Part shown: positions 1 through 9,827 of the stretch, one piece after another | Layout: the number at the start of each line of letters is the position of its first letter | How positions within the stretch are numbered: the first letter of the stretch is position 1 | Assembly (NCBI GenBank): GCA_963752595.1 | Contig: CAVVYZ010000020.1 | Location: 32,001-96,000, forward strand | Direction: 5' to 3' | Length of the DNA: 64,000 bases | DNA from: an uncultured delta proteobacterium | GTDB taxonomy: Bacteria; Desulfobacterota; Desulfomonilia; UBA1062 | Notes under the pieces: generated by a model | The model's input: the letters and a program-made list of their open reading frames with translations, nothing else | What the model was told of the DNA's origin: nothing | The model's database searches: none | Translations under genes and position numbers: made by a program

Positions 1-1717
1 GACCCTTTCCCGCATACCGAACCTTCTCACATACTGACATCCCTGGTCTTCAGGAAGCTCATGCTTCGCTTCCAGGCCTCCCTTGATCAGGCAGCTCTTT
101 TCCGCATATGCCTTGCGCCACCAGAGGAGCGAGTGGGCCCAGAAGAAGAGGAACACCCCTGCCAGGAGCGCGATCATGAACTTCTTGGCCAGGTACAGCC
201 CCAGGAACCCCTTCGGGTCTTCCGGGTCAGGGTGGGCCACGTACGACACGAAACGGGGATGAAATCCCTCGTGGCACTTCCCGCACGTCTCTACCAGAGT
301 TTGAGGGTTCAGGGCGGAAGCGGGGTCGTTCGCGGGCAGGATGTTGTGGGCAAGGTGGCAGTCCGCGCAGCCCGCAACCTTATCGGGGTATCCGAGGGCC
401 ATCGCCTTGCCGTGATAGGTCTCTCCGTATGCACTGACCGCCATGGGGAACACCCCGTAGCGGCCTGCCCCGCCCCCTTCCTTGTGGCACGAGATGCACA
501 GGTTGGTGTAGTACTCCCGCTTGTCGGCCATGCCCTTGTCCGTGGAGGCAAAGACAGGCGTATTGTGGGTGCCGTGGCAGTCACTGCACGAAGCGGCATC
601 CTTGTTTCCCGCCAGGACCTTCGCCACATGCCCCTTCATCACGTACTTGTCCTTGTCGCTGTGGCACTTCAGGCAGGCAGCGATCCCCGAGGCCTTGCCG
701 CTCGCGGCCTTCACGGCCTCTTCGGGGTGGATATCGGTGTGGCAGTTGCAGACACGAGAGCTTCGCTTTCACCGCGTGGAAGCTCTTCGAGTATTTCTTC
801 TCGATATCCTGGTGGCATACACCGCAGGAGGTGAGCGCTGGCTTCTGCTGCTTCTTCATGTGCAGGGCGAGGTCCGTTATGCCGCTATGGCAGACGGTGC
901 AGCTCAATTTCCCATGGAATGTCTGCGCAAAAGGCTTCTCATATTTTGGTCCGGAGTGGCACGAAGTGCAGTCTGCAATCGAGAGTGCGGGTCCCTGAGG
1001 GGCAGGGGCCGCTTTAGGCTTCAGGATCTTTGGTGCCGGGGCCTCCCGAGGATGGATGCCGGCGTGGCACTGGGCGCAGGAGAACTTCTTCACGGTCGCG
1101 TGGAACCCCTGCTTCTGAATGTCCTTGTGGCAGGTGAGGCAGGATGCCGTCTCGACCGGCTCGGCCCCCCGCATGTGCTTCGAAATCTCGGTCACACCCT
1201 TGTGGCAGACGGAGCACTGAAGCGCCGCGTGCTTCGTCTGGGAAAAATACTTCCCGTACTCGGGCTTGGAGTGGCACGCCGTGCAGTTCGGCGCAATGCC
1301 CGCCGCTTTAGCCGGGGCGGCTTTGCCCGAAGCTGCAGGAGTTTTCGCATCGGAAGCCTTGCCGGGGGCTGAGCCCGCTTTGACTTCTGTTTCCTTGCCG
1401 GGAGTCTCCGGCGCCTTCGATTTTTGCGGATCGCCCGAGAGCATCTGCTTGTGGATCGCGAGGAACTTGTCGGAAAGGGAGATCTTGCCCTGTCCATGGC
1501 ACATCTGACATTGCATCATCGTCATGCCCTTCGTATCCGGATGGGTTTCCGGAAGAACCTTGGCGACGTCAGCATGACAGGCCGTACAGTCTCCCGGCTT
1601 TTGACCGGGGCCCGCCATCACTATTGAACTCCAAAAGAGTATAGCGATGCAAAGGATGAGGGAGAGGATGAAATACGTTGAAAGATGCCTTAACTGAGAG
1701 TGCATGTCTATACCCAT
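1..1717 (-). CDS. Multiheme cytochrome c fused to C-terminal transmembrane cytochrome b-like region (CbcL-like architecture); runs off the window; one frameshift near 745
   Basis: N-terminal signal/TM; 9 CxxCH in ORF 581..1717; removing one base near 745 restores CLQCH and gives 5 more (CLKCH, CSDCH, CISCH, CADCH, CGKCH), then FHPRFVSYVAHP, a TM helix (FMIALLAGVFLFFWAHSLLWW) and YVRRFG. Confidence 0.85.
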
Positions 1718-1950
1718 GGAGTTGCCTCCTCCTGAGAGATGACTTAGAAGTTTTCTTACCTGCCCATCTTACGCGGCAAACTAGATCGGGTTCAGCTGCC
1801 GCAAGATTGTAAAACCAAACCCTCAGCTTGAAAGCGTAAGGTGACTTGTTTATATAAAAACCTACCCCTTAATTTTGAAGAAATTGTGAGCATTATGTGG
1901 AATTCCAGAGGAGATTTCCTATCGCTTTCTTACGGCATGTCAATGGAACG

Positions 1951-1974
1951 GTCCCCTCCCGGATGGGAGGGGAC
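1951..1974. repeat. Perfect 10-bp stem palindrome (GTCCCCTCCC-GGAT-GGGAGGGGAC), REP-like
   Basis: Read directly from sequence in an intergenic region. Confidence 0.55.
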
Positions 1975-2217
1975 TCATTACTTTTGCCTTTTTCAACAAG
2001 TATTAACATGAAGGATAGCGGGATAAGCAGGGATAGTTACATTAAAGGGACTTCGTTGGAGTTTTTGATTTATAACGAAGTGGTCTAAATTGAACGAGCT
2101 TATCGAGTCAGCCCACAGTTCACAGCGGAGTTGTTTTATGAGGCCATTTGTAGAGGCTCTATGCTTCCTGTTGGTATTTTGCCATTTGGGGATGTGCTTG
2201 AATCTCTCTTAGGGATA

Positions 2218-2570
2218 AATTCCCCGCAGCTTGCTGCGAGAGGGAGTGAGTGATAGAGCGGATGAGTGAGCATATATCTCCACAAGAGTCATAATGTATC
2301 GGTATTACTCTACCATATAGTATGTCCTGCGAAATATCGAAGGGTGGTATTTTCTGAAGAAGTAGACAATGCATTGAAGAAGGCGTTGTGGGGTGGCGAA
2401 TTTTGGATAGATGGATATTATATCAACACGGTCAGCAGGCATGGGAATGAGGATGTTGTCCGCCAATATGTAGAAGGGCAGGGCAAAAAGGAAGAGTATA
2501 AAAGGCTTCATAGTGAGCAGGTACGATTGTTCTAGGCACCGGATACCCCGCAGCTTGCTGCGGGGTAGTT
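2218..2570 (+). mobile_element. Internally deleted IS200/IS605-family element
   Basis: Subterminal hairpins CCCCGCAGCTTGCTGCG at ~2222 and TACCCCGCAGCTTGCTGCGGGGTA at 2544-2567 flank a tnpA remnant. Confidence 0.85.
2266..2535 (+). pseudogene. tnpA: IS200 Y1 transposase remnant lacking the central HUH region
   Basis: SHNVSVLLYHIVCPAKYRR joined directly to LWGGEFWIDGYY...VRQYVEGQG; only 89 aa; no HUH motif. Confidence 0.85.
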
Positions 2571-3005
2571 ATAGTAGCGGCAATTATTCATCTGAATCCT
2601 AAACGGTTCTTGCCCAGGCTTATGTTCATTTCTTTAATTGCCGCTGCAATAAGAAGCCGTCTTCAGAGAACCGGTCACCCCGGCGAATCCTGAAGTGCCT
2701 GGAATCCCACGGTACTGTACTGGACGCTCTCACGGCAAGTATTATTCCTTCCGGTGAGTGGAGTTGCATATGCTGCCGGTCGAAAAAAGAGCCATTGCGC
2801 ATATAAATCTTCGGACGCAAGCACCGGATGTAAAAGAGATATTCAATCTCCACATAAAAAACACAAAATGATCATATTGTCATCAAATATCGATAGGTAC
2901 CTTCCAAATTAAGGTCCTCCGCCTCTCATCGGGCGGGGGGACCTTGTAGGGCGCCCGAACCGGGCACGGAGTTTGGGAAAAAAACAGGAAGGAAGGAGTT
3001 CACCA

Positions 3006-4757
3006 ATGAAAAGATCGATGAAAGGTTTTCTGGGACTGGCCGTTTTGGGTTTCCTGGTCATGTCCCTGCCCGCTTTCGCCAAGGAAGCGGTGAGGGAATG
3101 GGAGATCGTCAACCCGCAGGGAACGATCGCCATCAAGGAGATCAAGCTCGCCCCGCGGCTGACGACGCTGGAGGGAAAGACGATCGTCCTGCGCTGGAAC
3201 GGCAAGCACAACGGGGACAACTACCTCAACCGCGTCGCGGAGCTGCTGGCGGAAAAGGTTCCGAGCGCCAAGGTCATCAAGGTCTATGAGCTGGACAAGT
3301 CGACCATCAAGATAAGCAGCTCCAATGCCGAGTCGGAAAGGATCGCGGGCGTGATCAAGGGGCTGAAGGCGGACCTCGTCATCGCCTCGCAGGCCGATTG
3401 AGGGTCCTGCACCTCATGGCTGATAGTTGATCAGTCCAATTGCGAAAAATTAGGAATCCCGACCGTTACCGTTACCACCGATGCATTTATCTCGCTTTCC
3501 CGGGCAAGCGGTGAGAGCATCGGCCTGGCCGATATGGCCTTTGTCGAAGCCAAGCACCCGATGGGCATGCTGCCGCTGGCAGAAATCCGAGCCCGTGCGG
3601 ATGAAACCTTCAACGACATCATTCAGAAGGCGATTCACTGGAAGCCTTCACGGACCTCTATTGCCGGCCTGGGGAAAGCTCCCTACCCGGCCCCGCGGGT
3701 CAAATTCAAGGGGACCTACGCGGCCCTGAACAAGATGTTCTACGACCAGAAGTGGTCGCTGGGCATGCCGATCATCCCGCCGACCCCCGAAGCCGTGGCA
3801 GCCATGCTGAAAGGCACCACCCTTAAACCCGGCGAGGTCGTCTGGATTGTGCCTCCACGGATGGGTCAGTTGACCGTCGAGCTGGCAGCCACGATAGGAG
3901 TGATGGCAGGCTGCAAGCCGGAGCATATGCCCCTGCTGCTGGCTATGGTGAAGGGCTTCAGCAATTCGGACTTCGACTGGCGCGGCTCCACGACGACTAC
4001 GGGCCCGACGGTTCCGATCGTGGTCATCAACGGCCCGATCATCGACGAGCTGGGAATCGGCTACGGGACCGGCGTCTTTGGCGGTGAGCACCCGGTGAAC
4101 ATCGCCCTGGGTTACTTCGTGAACCTGGTCGGGGATATCGTCGGCGGATCCGTCGCCCCAGATCCGGACAAGAGCACCCATGGGACGAGGGCCGATATTT
4201 CCGCCCTGGTTATAGCCGAAAACGAAAAGGCAAACCCCTGGAAGCAGAGCTACGCCGTGGAAAAAGGCTTCAAGCCCACGGACAACGTAGTTTCCGTTTT
4301 CTCGGGCTATTCGGGCAACAACAACGTGGACCATACGAGCACGACGGGTAAGGCCCTCCTCGACACGATCTCCTTCGGGCTGGCCGGCGCCGCCTCGGGT
4401 ATCACGAGCTGCTTTACCGATCTTGACAAACCGTACAGCCCGGGCAATTCGGTGAGGTTCGCCTTCATTTTCCTCGGACCCGAGCATGCGGCTACCGTGT
4501 TCACCGATTTCAAGACCAAGCAGGCCGCCGAGGAGTACGTGGTCAAGAGGGCCGTGGGCCCCAATTGGACCTATGCGCCCAATCGGTGCGTTCCTCCGAA
4601 GGATTTCGGGCCGGTCAACGCCGATACGATGCTTCCCCGCTTCACGAATGCGAAACAGATCCACATCGCGGTCACGGGAGGTCCGGGAAAACAGACACAG
4701 TTGTTCCCTTCGTTCGTGACGAATAAGCGGGTCGTCTCGGTCGTCGTCGATAAGTAA
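3006..4757 (+). CDS. Exported UGSC-type selenoprotein (Sec at TGA 3399-3401) fused to a GLP(I/V)IPP-type uncharacterised domain; ~583 aa
   Basis: ORFs 2973..3401 and 3534..4757 are in the same frame separated only by TGA: ...IASQAD-TGA-GSCTSWLIVD...EKLGIPTV...; Sec-type signal peptide MKRSMKGFLGLAVLGFLVMSLPAFA; RBS AAGGAG. Confidence 0.85.
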
Positions 4758-4766
4758 CAGGTTGGC

Positions 4767-4799
4767 AGCCGGGGGGGCCGTTACTGGTCCCCCCGGGCT
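4767..4799 (+). terminator. GC-rich hairpin, probable terminator between convergent genes
   Basis: GCCGGGGGGGCC-GTTACT-GGTCCCCCCGGGC followed by a T-rich stretch. Confidence 0.55.
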
Positions 4800-4869
4800 T
4801 CCAACATTATTTTTAACCCCCACCGTTGCGAAATACCGGAAAGCAGCATCGGACTTTGAAGATCTTGGA

Positions 4870-5799
4870 TCAGAGATCCTGCAGGATCTCGGCCTTTTTC
4901 TTTTCGTACTCTTCCTTCGTGATCAGGCCCTTCCCATAGATGTCCTTCAGCGTATCGAGCCTCTTTTCAATCGAATCGGCCTTCGAGACACCGATGCCCT
5001 TTTGGTCTTTGCCCGAAACCTGTTCGCCGGCAGCGGGGTCCGCATACCTGGATGTGACATCGACCGGGCCTTCAGGATTCAGGAAGCGCACGGCGCGAAA
5101 GCTCCTCTCGGTGAAATCATCGAGCAGGCGCTGCTGCCCCGGGGAAGGCTTCCCGATATCGAGGCATTCGCCGCAGGCAAGGCCGGCGCATGTCAGGGAG
5201 ACATCCTCGAAATAATAGATAAGTGCCCGTGCTTTGCCCCCGAAGCCTTCCTTCTTTGCGAGCTGTTTGACCAGGAAGCAGGAGGGAATATCGGCTTTCT
5301 TCAGGAGCAGATCCTTTTCCTCTTTCGTGAAGACGTTCTGATCGAGATAGAGGTCATAGCGGTACTCTTCTTCAAGGATCTTCACCTTGCCTGATTCCAG
5401 TGTGCTTAAGGGTTGTATCTCCCTTAAAAAATTTTTCTGCGCCTCCTGATTGGGGTCTCCTGCGGCTACCATGACCCGTATGATGATTCCCCTTGTGAGG
5501 CTGTTGTCCGGGCCGGATTGAGCGAACAGATAGGTGGCGGCGTCAAAGTTACTTTCGGTCGAGTCTCCCGCAGAGGTTGCAGGGCCTCTCTCTTCCTTGT
5601 CTGCCTGAACGCTTCCCAGGTAGGCGAGACTATCGCTTACCTTGATCCTGAGACTGGGAAAGGAGCTGGAAAACATATTGTTTTCGACATCTCTCCTTAC
5701 CTGGAACTCTTTGAGGCTTTTCTCCATGCTGCTGCACCCGGAGAGAAACAGAAGTACGATGACCGATGTCACGAAATATGCTGTCCCGATTTTCATCAT
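4870..5799 (-). CDS. Lipoprotein with C-terminal SHOCT domain
   Basis: Lipobox LSGC; C-terminal LKDIYGKGLITKEEYEKKKAEIL. Confidence 0.75.
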   Translation of the reverse strand: MMKIGTAYFVTSVIVLLFLSGCSSMEKSLKEFQVRRDVENNMFSSSFPSLRIKVSDSLAYLGSVQADKEERGPATSAGDSTESNFDAATYLFAQSGPDNSLTRGIIIRVMVAAGDPNQEAQKNFLREIQPLSTLESGKVKILEEEYRYDLYLDQNVFTKEEKDLLLKKADIPSCFLVKQLAKKEGFGGKARALIYYFEDVSLTCAGLACGECLDIGKPSPGQQRLLDDFTERSFRAVRFLNPEGPVDVTSRYADPAAGEQVSGKDQKGIGVSKADSIEKRLDTLKDIYGKGLITKEEYEKKKAEILQDL

Positions 5800-6191
5800 A
5801 TATCACCTTCACTTTTTATCGAATTCGGATGGAAAGGATATTAGATTCTCACTTAAGGATGCGGTCTTCCTGACCTGGGCCGTCAAGTGAGAGCAGCGTC
5901 ATAGTACGGCTCGGCGGTCTTTCCCGTCAAGCATTATTCCTCCCATTGCGCATGCACTGCCTGCGGGATGGAAACGGCGCCCCGGGCCACAGGAAAGAAT
6001 CTCCTCAAAAACCTCACAGATCATCCATAATTTCTTCAAAATCGTGGAGTAATACTTTTCATACCCAACATAAAGCCTCCTATAATTCTCTTCGACAAAC
6101 TTCTTCTTCCCTTCTGCCCATCGAAGAGAAGAAGAAGTTTGAGTTTATGGTCAGGAGAACAGGATATGGGGGAAAGGATATATACACGGCC

Positions 6192-7484
6192 ATGATAACG
6201 CGAAGGAATATGCTCAAAGGGCTTTTCGCCGGCGTATCGACACTTCCGGTACTAGTGCCGCAGCTGAGGGCAGATACCGGCGACGAGGAATCTGTGTGGA
6301 TCTATAACCCTGCAGGGATCACACAGAACGGCGTCTTTGTCGACGAGATGCTCAGGAAGGGGACGCAGGAGAAAGAGGGCGGGAAATTTCCTCTGACCGG
6401 AGATTTCCCCCACCTCAGCATCGAGTGCATCGAAACAAAAGATGCGTTCGCAACGGTCAACAGGATCTTCTCCCTGCGCGGCTGGGCGGACGGGCTGCCC
6501 ATTGTACCCCCTGACGAGGACAAGGTCAGGAAGATGCTGAAATGCACGGACATGGGGCCGGATGAAGTCATCGGAATCATAGAACCCATGAAAGGGCAGG
6601 CTACGGTGACGAAGGTGGCGGTGAACGCCGTTATGGCGGGCTGCCGTCCCGAGCACCTGCCCGTAGTGATCGCTGCGGTGCGGGTGATTGCCGATCCCGA
6701 TTTCAGCCTCCTTGGGATATCCACGACCACCAACCCCGATACCCCCATGATCATCGTAAACGGCCCCATTGCACGGCAGCTGGACATCAATTCCGGCACC
6801 AATGCCCTCGGGAGAGGCTGGGAGGCCAATGCGACAATCGGGAGGGCGCTCCATCTCGTTGCCCAGAACATCGGCGGGAGCCGGCCCGGAGTTACCGACA
6901 TGTCGTGCCTGGGCCAGCCCGGGGAGTTCGCCATGTGCCTGGCGGAAAACGAGGAGAAGAACCCGTGGGGGCCGCTGCACGTAGAACTCGGATATCGAAA
7001 AGACGCCAATGTCGTGTCGGTAGTCGCTGCAGAAGGAATCCACTCAATCCTCGGCATCGGTTGGGACGACGAAGGCTACTTAAGCCTGGTAGCCGACCAC
7101 CTGGCCAACCTGGACAGGTCGTCGAGGCCGGTGGTCCTGCTGATCATTGCACAGGACACGGCAGCCATGCTTGCACGGAAGGGATGGACGAAAGACAAGA
7201 TCCGAAAGTACATCTACGAGCATGCCCGCCTTCCTTTCCAGAAGTACAAGAAACGGTTCATCGATACCCGGAAGGTTCATGGAGTGCCGGAGTGGGTCCT
7301 CAAGAATACCGACCCCGAGGCCATGATCCCCGTGCCGTTCATGAACCATCTCGTCATTTTAGTGGCGGGAGGCACAGGTGAGAAGAGTATGCTCATTCCC
7401 GTGTGGGCAGGCACGAAAAAAGTGATTTCACAGGAGATAAGGACCCCTTCGGACTGGAAAGATATCCTAAAAAAGACTGATTAA
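6192..7484 (+). CDS. Tat-signal protein paralogous to the C-terminal domain of the UGSC selenoprotein
   Basis: TRRNMLK twin-arginine motif; GWADGLPIVPP, AVMAGCRPEH, STTT, IIVNGPI, AENEEKNPW align with the equivalent motifs of 3534..4757. Confidence 0.8.
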   Translation: MITRRNMLKGLFAGVSTLPVLVPQLRADTGDEESVWIYNPAGITQNGVFVDEMLRKGTQEKEGGKFPLTGDFPHLSIECIETKDAFATVNRIFSLRGWADGLPIVPPDEDKVRKMLKCTDMGPDEVIGIIEPMKGQATVTKVAVNAVMAGCRPEHLPVVIAAVRVIADPDFSLLGISTTTNPDTPMIIVNGPIARQLDINSGTNALGRGWEANATIGRALHLVAQNIGGSRPGVTDMSCLGQPGEFAMCLAENEEKNPWGPLHVELGYRKDANVVSVVAAEGIHSILGIGWDDEGYLSLVADHLANLDRSSRPVVLLIIAQDTAAMLARKGWTKDKIRKYIYEHARLPFQKYKKRFIDTRKVHGVPEWVLKNTDPEAMIPVPFMNHLVILVAGGTGEKSMLIPVWAGTKKVISQEIRTPSDWKDILKKTD

Positions 7485-7525
7485 GAAAAGCTTGACCCGA
7501 AATACGCCTGAGGGACTGGTGCGTA

Positions 7526-8230
7526 TCAGCGGGTAAGGTTCTTGACCTTTGTCCCTTCCATGATGATACCTTTCTGCGTTGCGCCGGTAACATCGAGCCC
7601 TTGGGCGATGGTGAGGGTGAGGTCCGTCTTTTCGAGAACGGCGTTCTTCATCTGCACGTTTTCCAGAGATGCAGCCATGAATGATGCCGAGGTGAGGTTT
7701 GAGTTGTTGAAGGAGGTCTTGATGAACCGCGTGAGCCCTAAATTGGCCTCTGCCAAATTGCATTTTTCCAGAATGCAGGATTCGACCGTGCTGAATAATA
7801 TCTTTGCCTTTTCCAGGTTCGCTTCGGTCAGATTCAGGTCCTTCAAAGAGGAATAGAGGATGACCGCACCCGATAGCCGCGCCTTGGTCAGGTCCCGGCC
7901 GGAGAGCACCACCCTGATGAAGTGGCTGTCCATGGCGGTAACCCGTGTCAGGATGCATGAGCTCAAATCCATGTCCTTCAAGGTTACTCCCGTGAGATGT
8001 GCGCCTGAAAAATCCGTTTTGTCGAGAATGGCCCCTTCGAGCATTATCCGCTCCAGATGAGCCTCCTGGAAACTCGTCCCGGTGAGGTTCGCATTCCTCA
8101 GGTCGGAGCCCCGCAAGTTTGCCCCTCCGAGGTCGAGTTCGCTTAAGTCCAGACCATGCAGGTCTTCGCTCTCAACGGGCTGACCGTTCGATATGGCGTC
8201 AAAGAGTGATTGTCTATCGTATCCGGGCAT
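7526..8230 (-). CDS. Pentapeptide repeat protein
   Basis: Continuous A(N/D)LxG/ADLxx five-residue repeats. Confidence 0.9.
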   Translation of the reverse strand: MPGYDRQSLFDAISNGQPVESEDLHGLDLSELDLGGANLRGSDLRNANLTGTSFQEAHLERIMLEGAILDKTDFSGAHLTGVTLKDMDLSSCILTRVTAMDSHFIRVVLSGRDLTKARLSGAVILYSSLKDLNLTEANLEKAKILFSTVESCILEKCNLAEANLGLTRFIKTSFNNSNLTSASFMAASLENVQMKNAVLEKTDLTLTIAQGLDVTGATQKGIIMEGTKVKNLTR

Positions 8231-9654
8231 TATTCAGACTCCAGGTACTCCTTGATCTCGGGAAGCATGACAAATTCCGATTCAGCGATAGCGCCTTCCT
8301 TCAGAGAGAACTGCACCTGCCTCTTCAACTGTTGTATGTCGGTTGTTGCCTTTCCGATCATGATCTTCGTGCCTTCATTTGCCGTGCCCTCGATATAAAT
8401 ATTTCCTGCAAATATCGTATTGATCCTGTTAGTGATTTCACGGAACCGCATATCCTTTTGCACGAGGGTAACCCTGATGGTATCGACTGCGCTTAATATT
8501 TTCTCATAGAGATGCTGTTGCGGCGGAGAAAGCTTGCCTTGCCCCTTGATGGTCCTGAGCTTTGCAATGGAGGCCTGGAACTTGAGGAAATCACCTATCT
8601 TTTCAATGATATCATCTTTGCATAACTCCCTCTCGCTGGAGAGGGCAGGATTATGCCCGATGGTCAGGCTCGTATCGACCGGGTTTGAGGCGATCCCGAT
8701 GGTATGACAGTATATCCATGCCTCGGAAGAAATCATTCCTCCCGAGATCCATCCGTTGGGGCTCCTCACAATCACAGGGCCTACTGCATTGATTTCGCTG
8801 CTTCTAATATAGTCATCCACCATGATCTCTTTTTTTGCGCTGAGAAAGGCGTCCTGGACAAATTTTGCATGGATGGAGCCTAGTGCGGAGATGTGGGCAC
8901 TTTCCTGGCCGAGAATGCCTCCTGAAATATTGATATTTCCGCCGGCCTCTATGGTGACACGGCCTACGCTCATGGTAATGGTCACGTCCTCTGCTGCATG
9001 GATCTCGTAGCCGTCGCCTACTTCTCCGTTGACAACCACAGACCCGTTAAAGCGGATATTTCCTGTAGAAGAATCAACCTTGTCCACGACGTATATCGGC
9101 TCGACTACTATCTCGGGGTCTATCCAGGTCACCATGCCGTCAATGGCTGCAATCAGTTTCGTCCCGTTGTCCGAGGTTTCGACGTTCTTTCCGGGAGGAA
9201 GCTTTGCAGCAGCACCCAGTTTCCCATGGATTTCCTCACCCTTGACCGTCCTCCCCATCTTCCCTTCCTCAGGGGGGATGAGCTCGCACAGGATGTCTCC
9301 TTTCGTGACATTCTGGATCAGGTCCATGTCCTTGAAATTGACCCTGCCGCTTGAATCCTCGTGAAGCTTTACCCGTTTGCCTTCTTTGCTGAAGTGGTAT
9401 TTGACGTACCCGTCTTCCCCGTCGCCGGATTTTTCTCCCTTTGCAACAGTAACCCATTTATTCAAGGTCAGCTCGTCTGCAATCCGGTGGAGGGCATCGC
9501 TCCATATTCCGAAGGTGACTCCGGCATCCTTGATGGCTTCCTGGAGATCGGGCACACTGATAGCGCTGAGTTCGCTTGTTATAGGGGTGACCTTTACACT
9601 TGCTAAAAGACCACCCTCTGTAATGCTGACCTCGATTTTGTACTCTTTCTCCAC
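8230..9654 (-). CDS. FapA/DUF342 family protein
   Basis: GRVNFKD, VTKGDIL, GRTVKGE, VDSSTGNIRFNGSVVVNGEV signature; start probably GTG 9654. Confidence 0.85.
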   Translation of the reverse strand: MEKEYKIEVSITEGGLLASVKVTPITSELSAISVPDLQEAIKDAGVTFGIWSDALHRIADELTLNKWVTVAKGEKSGDGEDGYVKYHFSKEGKRVKLHEDSSGRVNFKDMDLIQNVTKGDILCELIPPEEGKMGRTVKGEEIHGKLGAAAKLPPGKNVETSDNGTKLIAAIDGMVTWIDPEIVVEPIYVVDKVDSSTGNIRFNGSVVVNGEVGDGYEIHAAEDVTITMSVGRVTIEAGGNINISGGILGQESAHISALGSIHAKFVQDAFLSAKKEIMVDDYIRSSEINAVGPVIVRSPNGWISGGMISSEAWIYCHTIGIASNPVDTSLTIGHNPALSSERELCKDDIIEKIGDFLKFQASIAKLRTIKGQGKLSPPQQHLYEKILSAVDTIRVTLVQKDMRFREITNRINTIFAGNIYIEGTANEGTKIMIGKATTDIQQLKRQVQFSLKEGAIAESEFVMLPEIKEYLESE

Positions 9655-9662
9655 ACTATCCC

Positions 9663-9690
9663 GGTTCGGAACCTGCAAAAAAAAACTTTA
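9663..9690 (-). promoter_or_regulatory. Sigma28 (FliA)-like promoter TAAA-N16-TCCGAACC
   Basis: Same motif and spacing recur upstream of three other motility/signalling genes in the window. Confidence 0.45.
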
Positions 9691-9827
9691 GGATGTACAG
9701 TATTATTCAAGGGAAAGAAAAGAGGCAATAAGCATGGGAGTTTTCCGGGTGATTTCTCTTGACTCATGGAAAGGCTTTCATTACTTTTTTCTCCATCCCA
9801 AAGACGTAAGAAAAGGCAGGCTTCCTC

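Noticed and set aside
9677-9685. Poly-A/T tract as a phase-variation site in fapA
   Set aside because: Better explained as the spacer of the promoter-like motif upstream of the likely start
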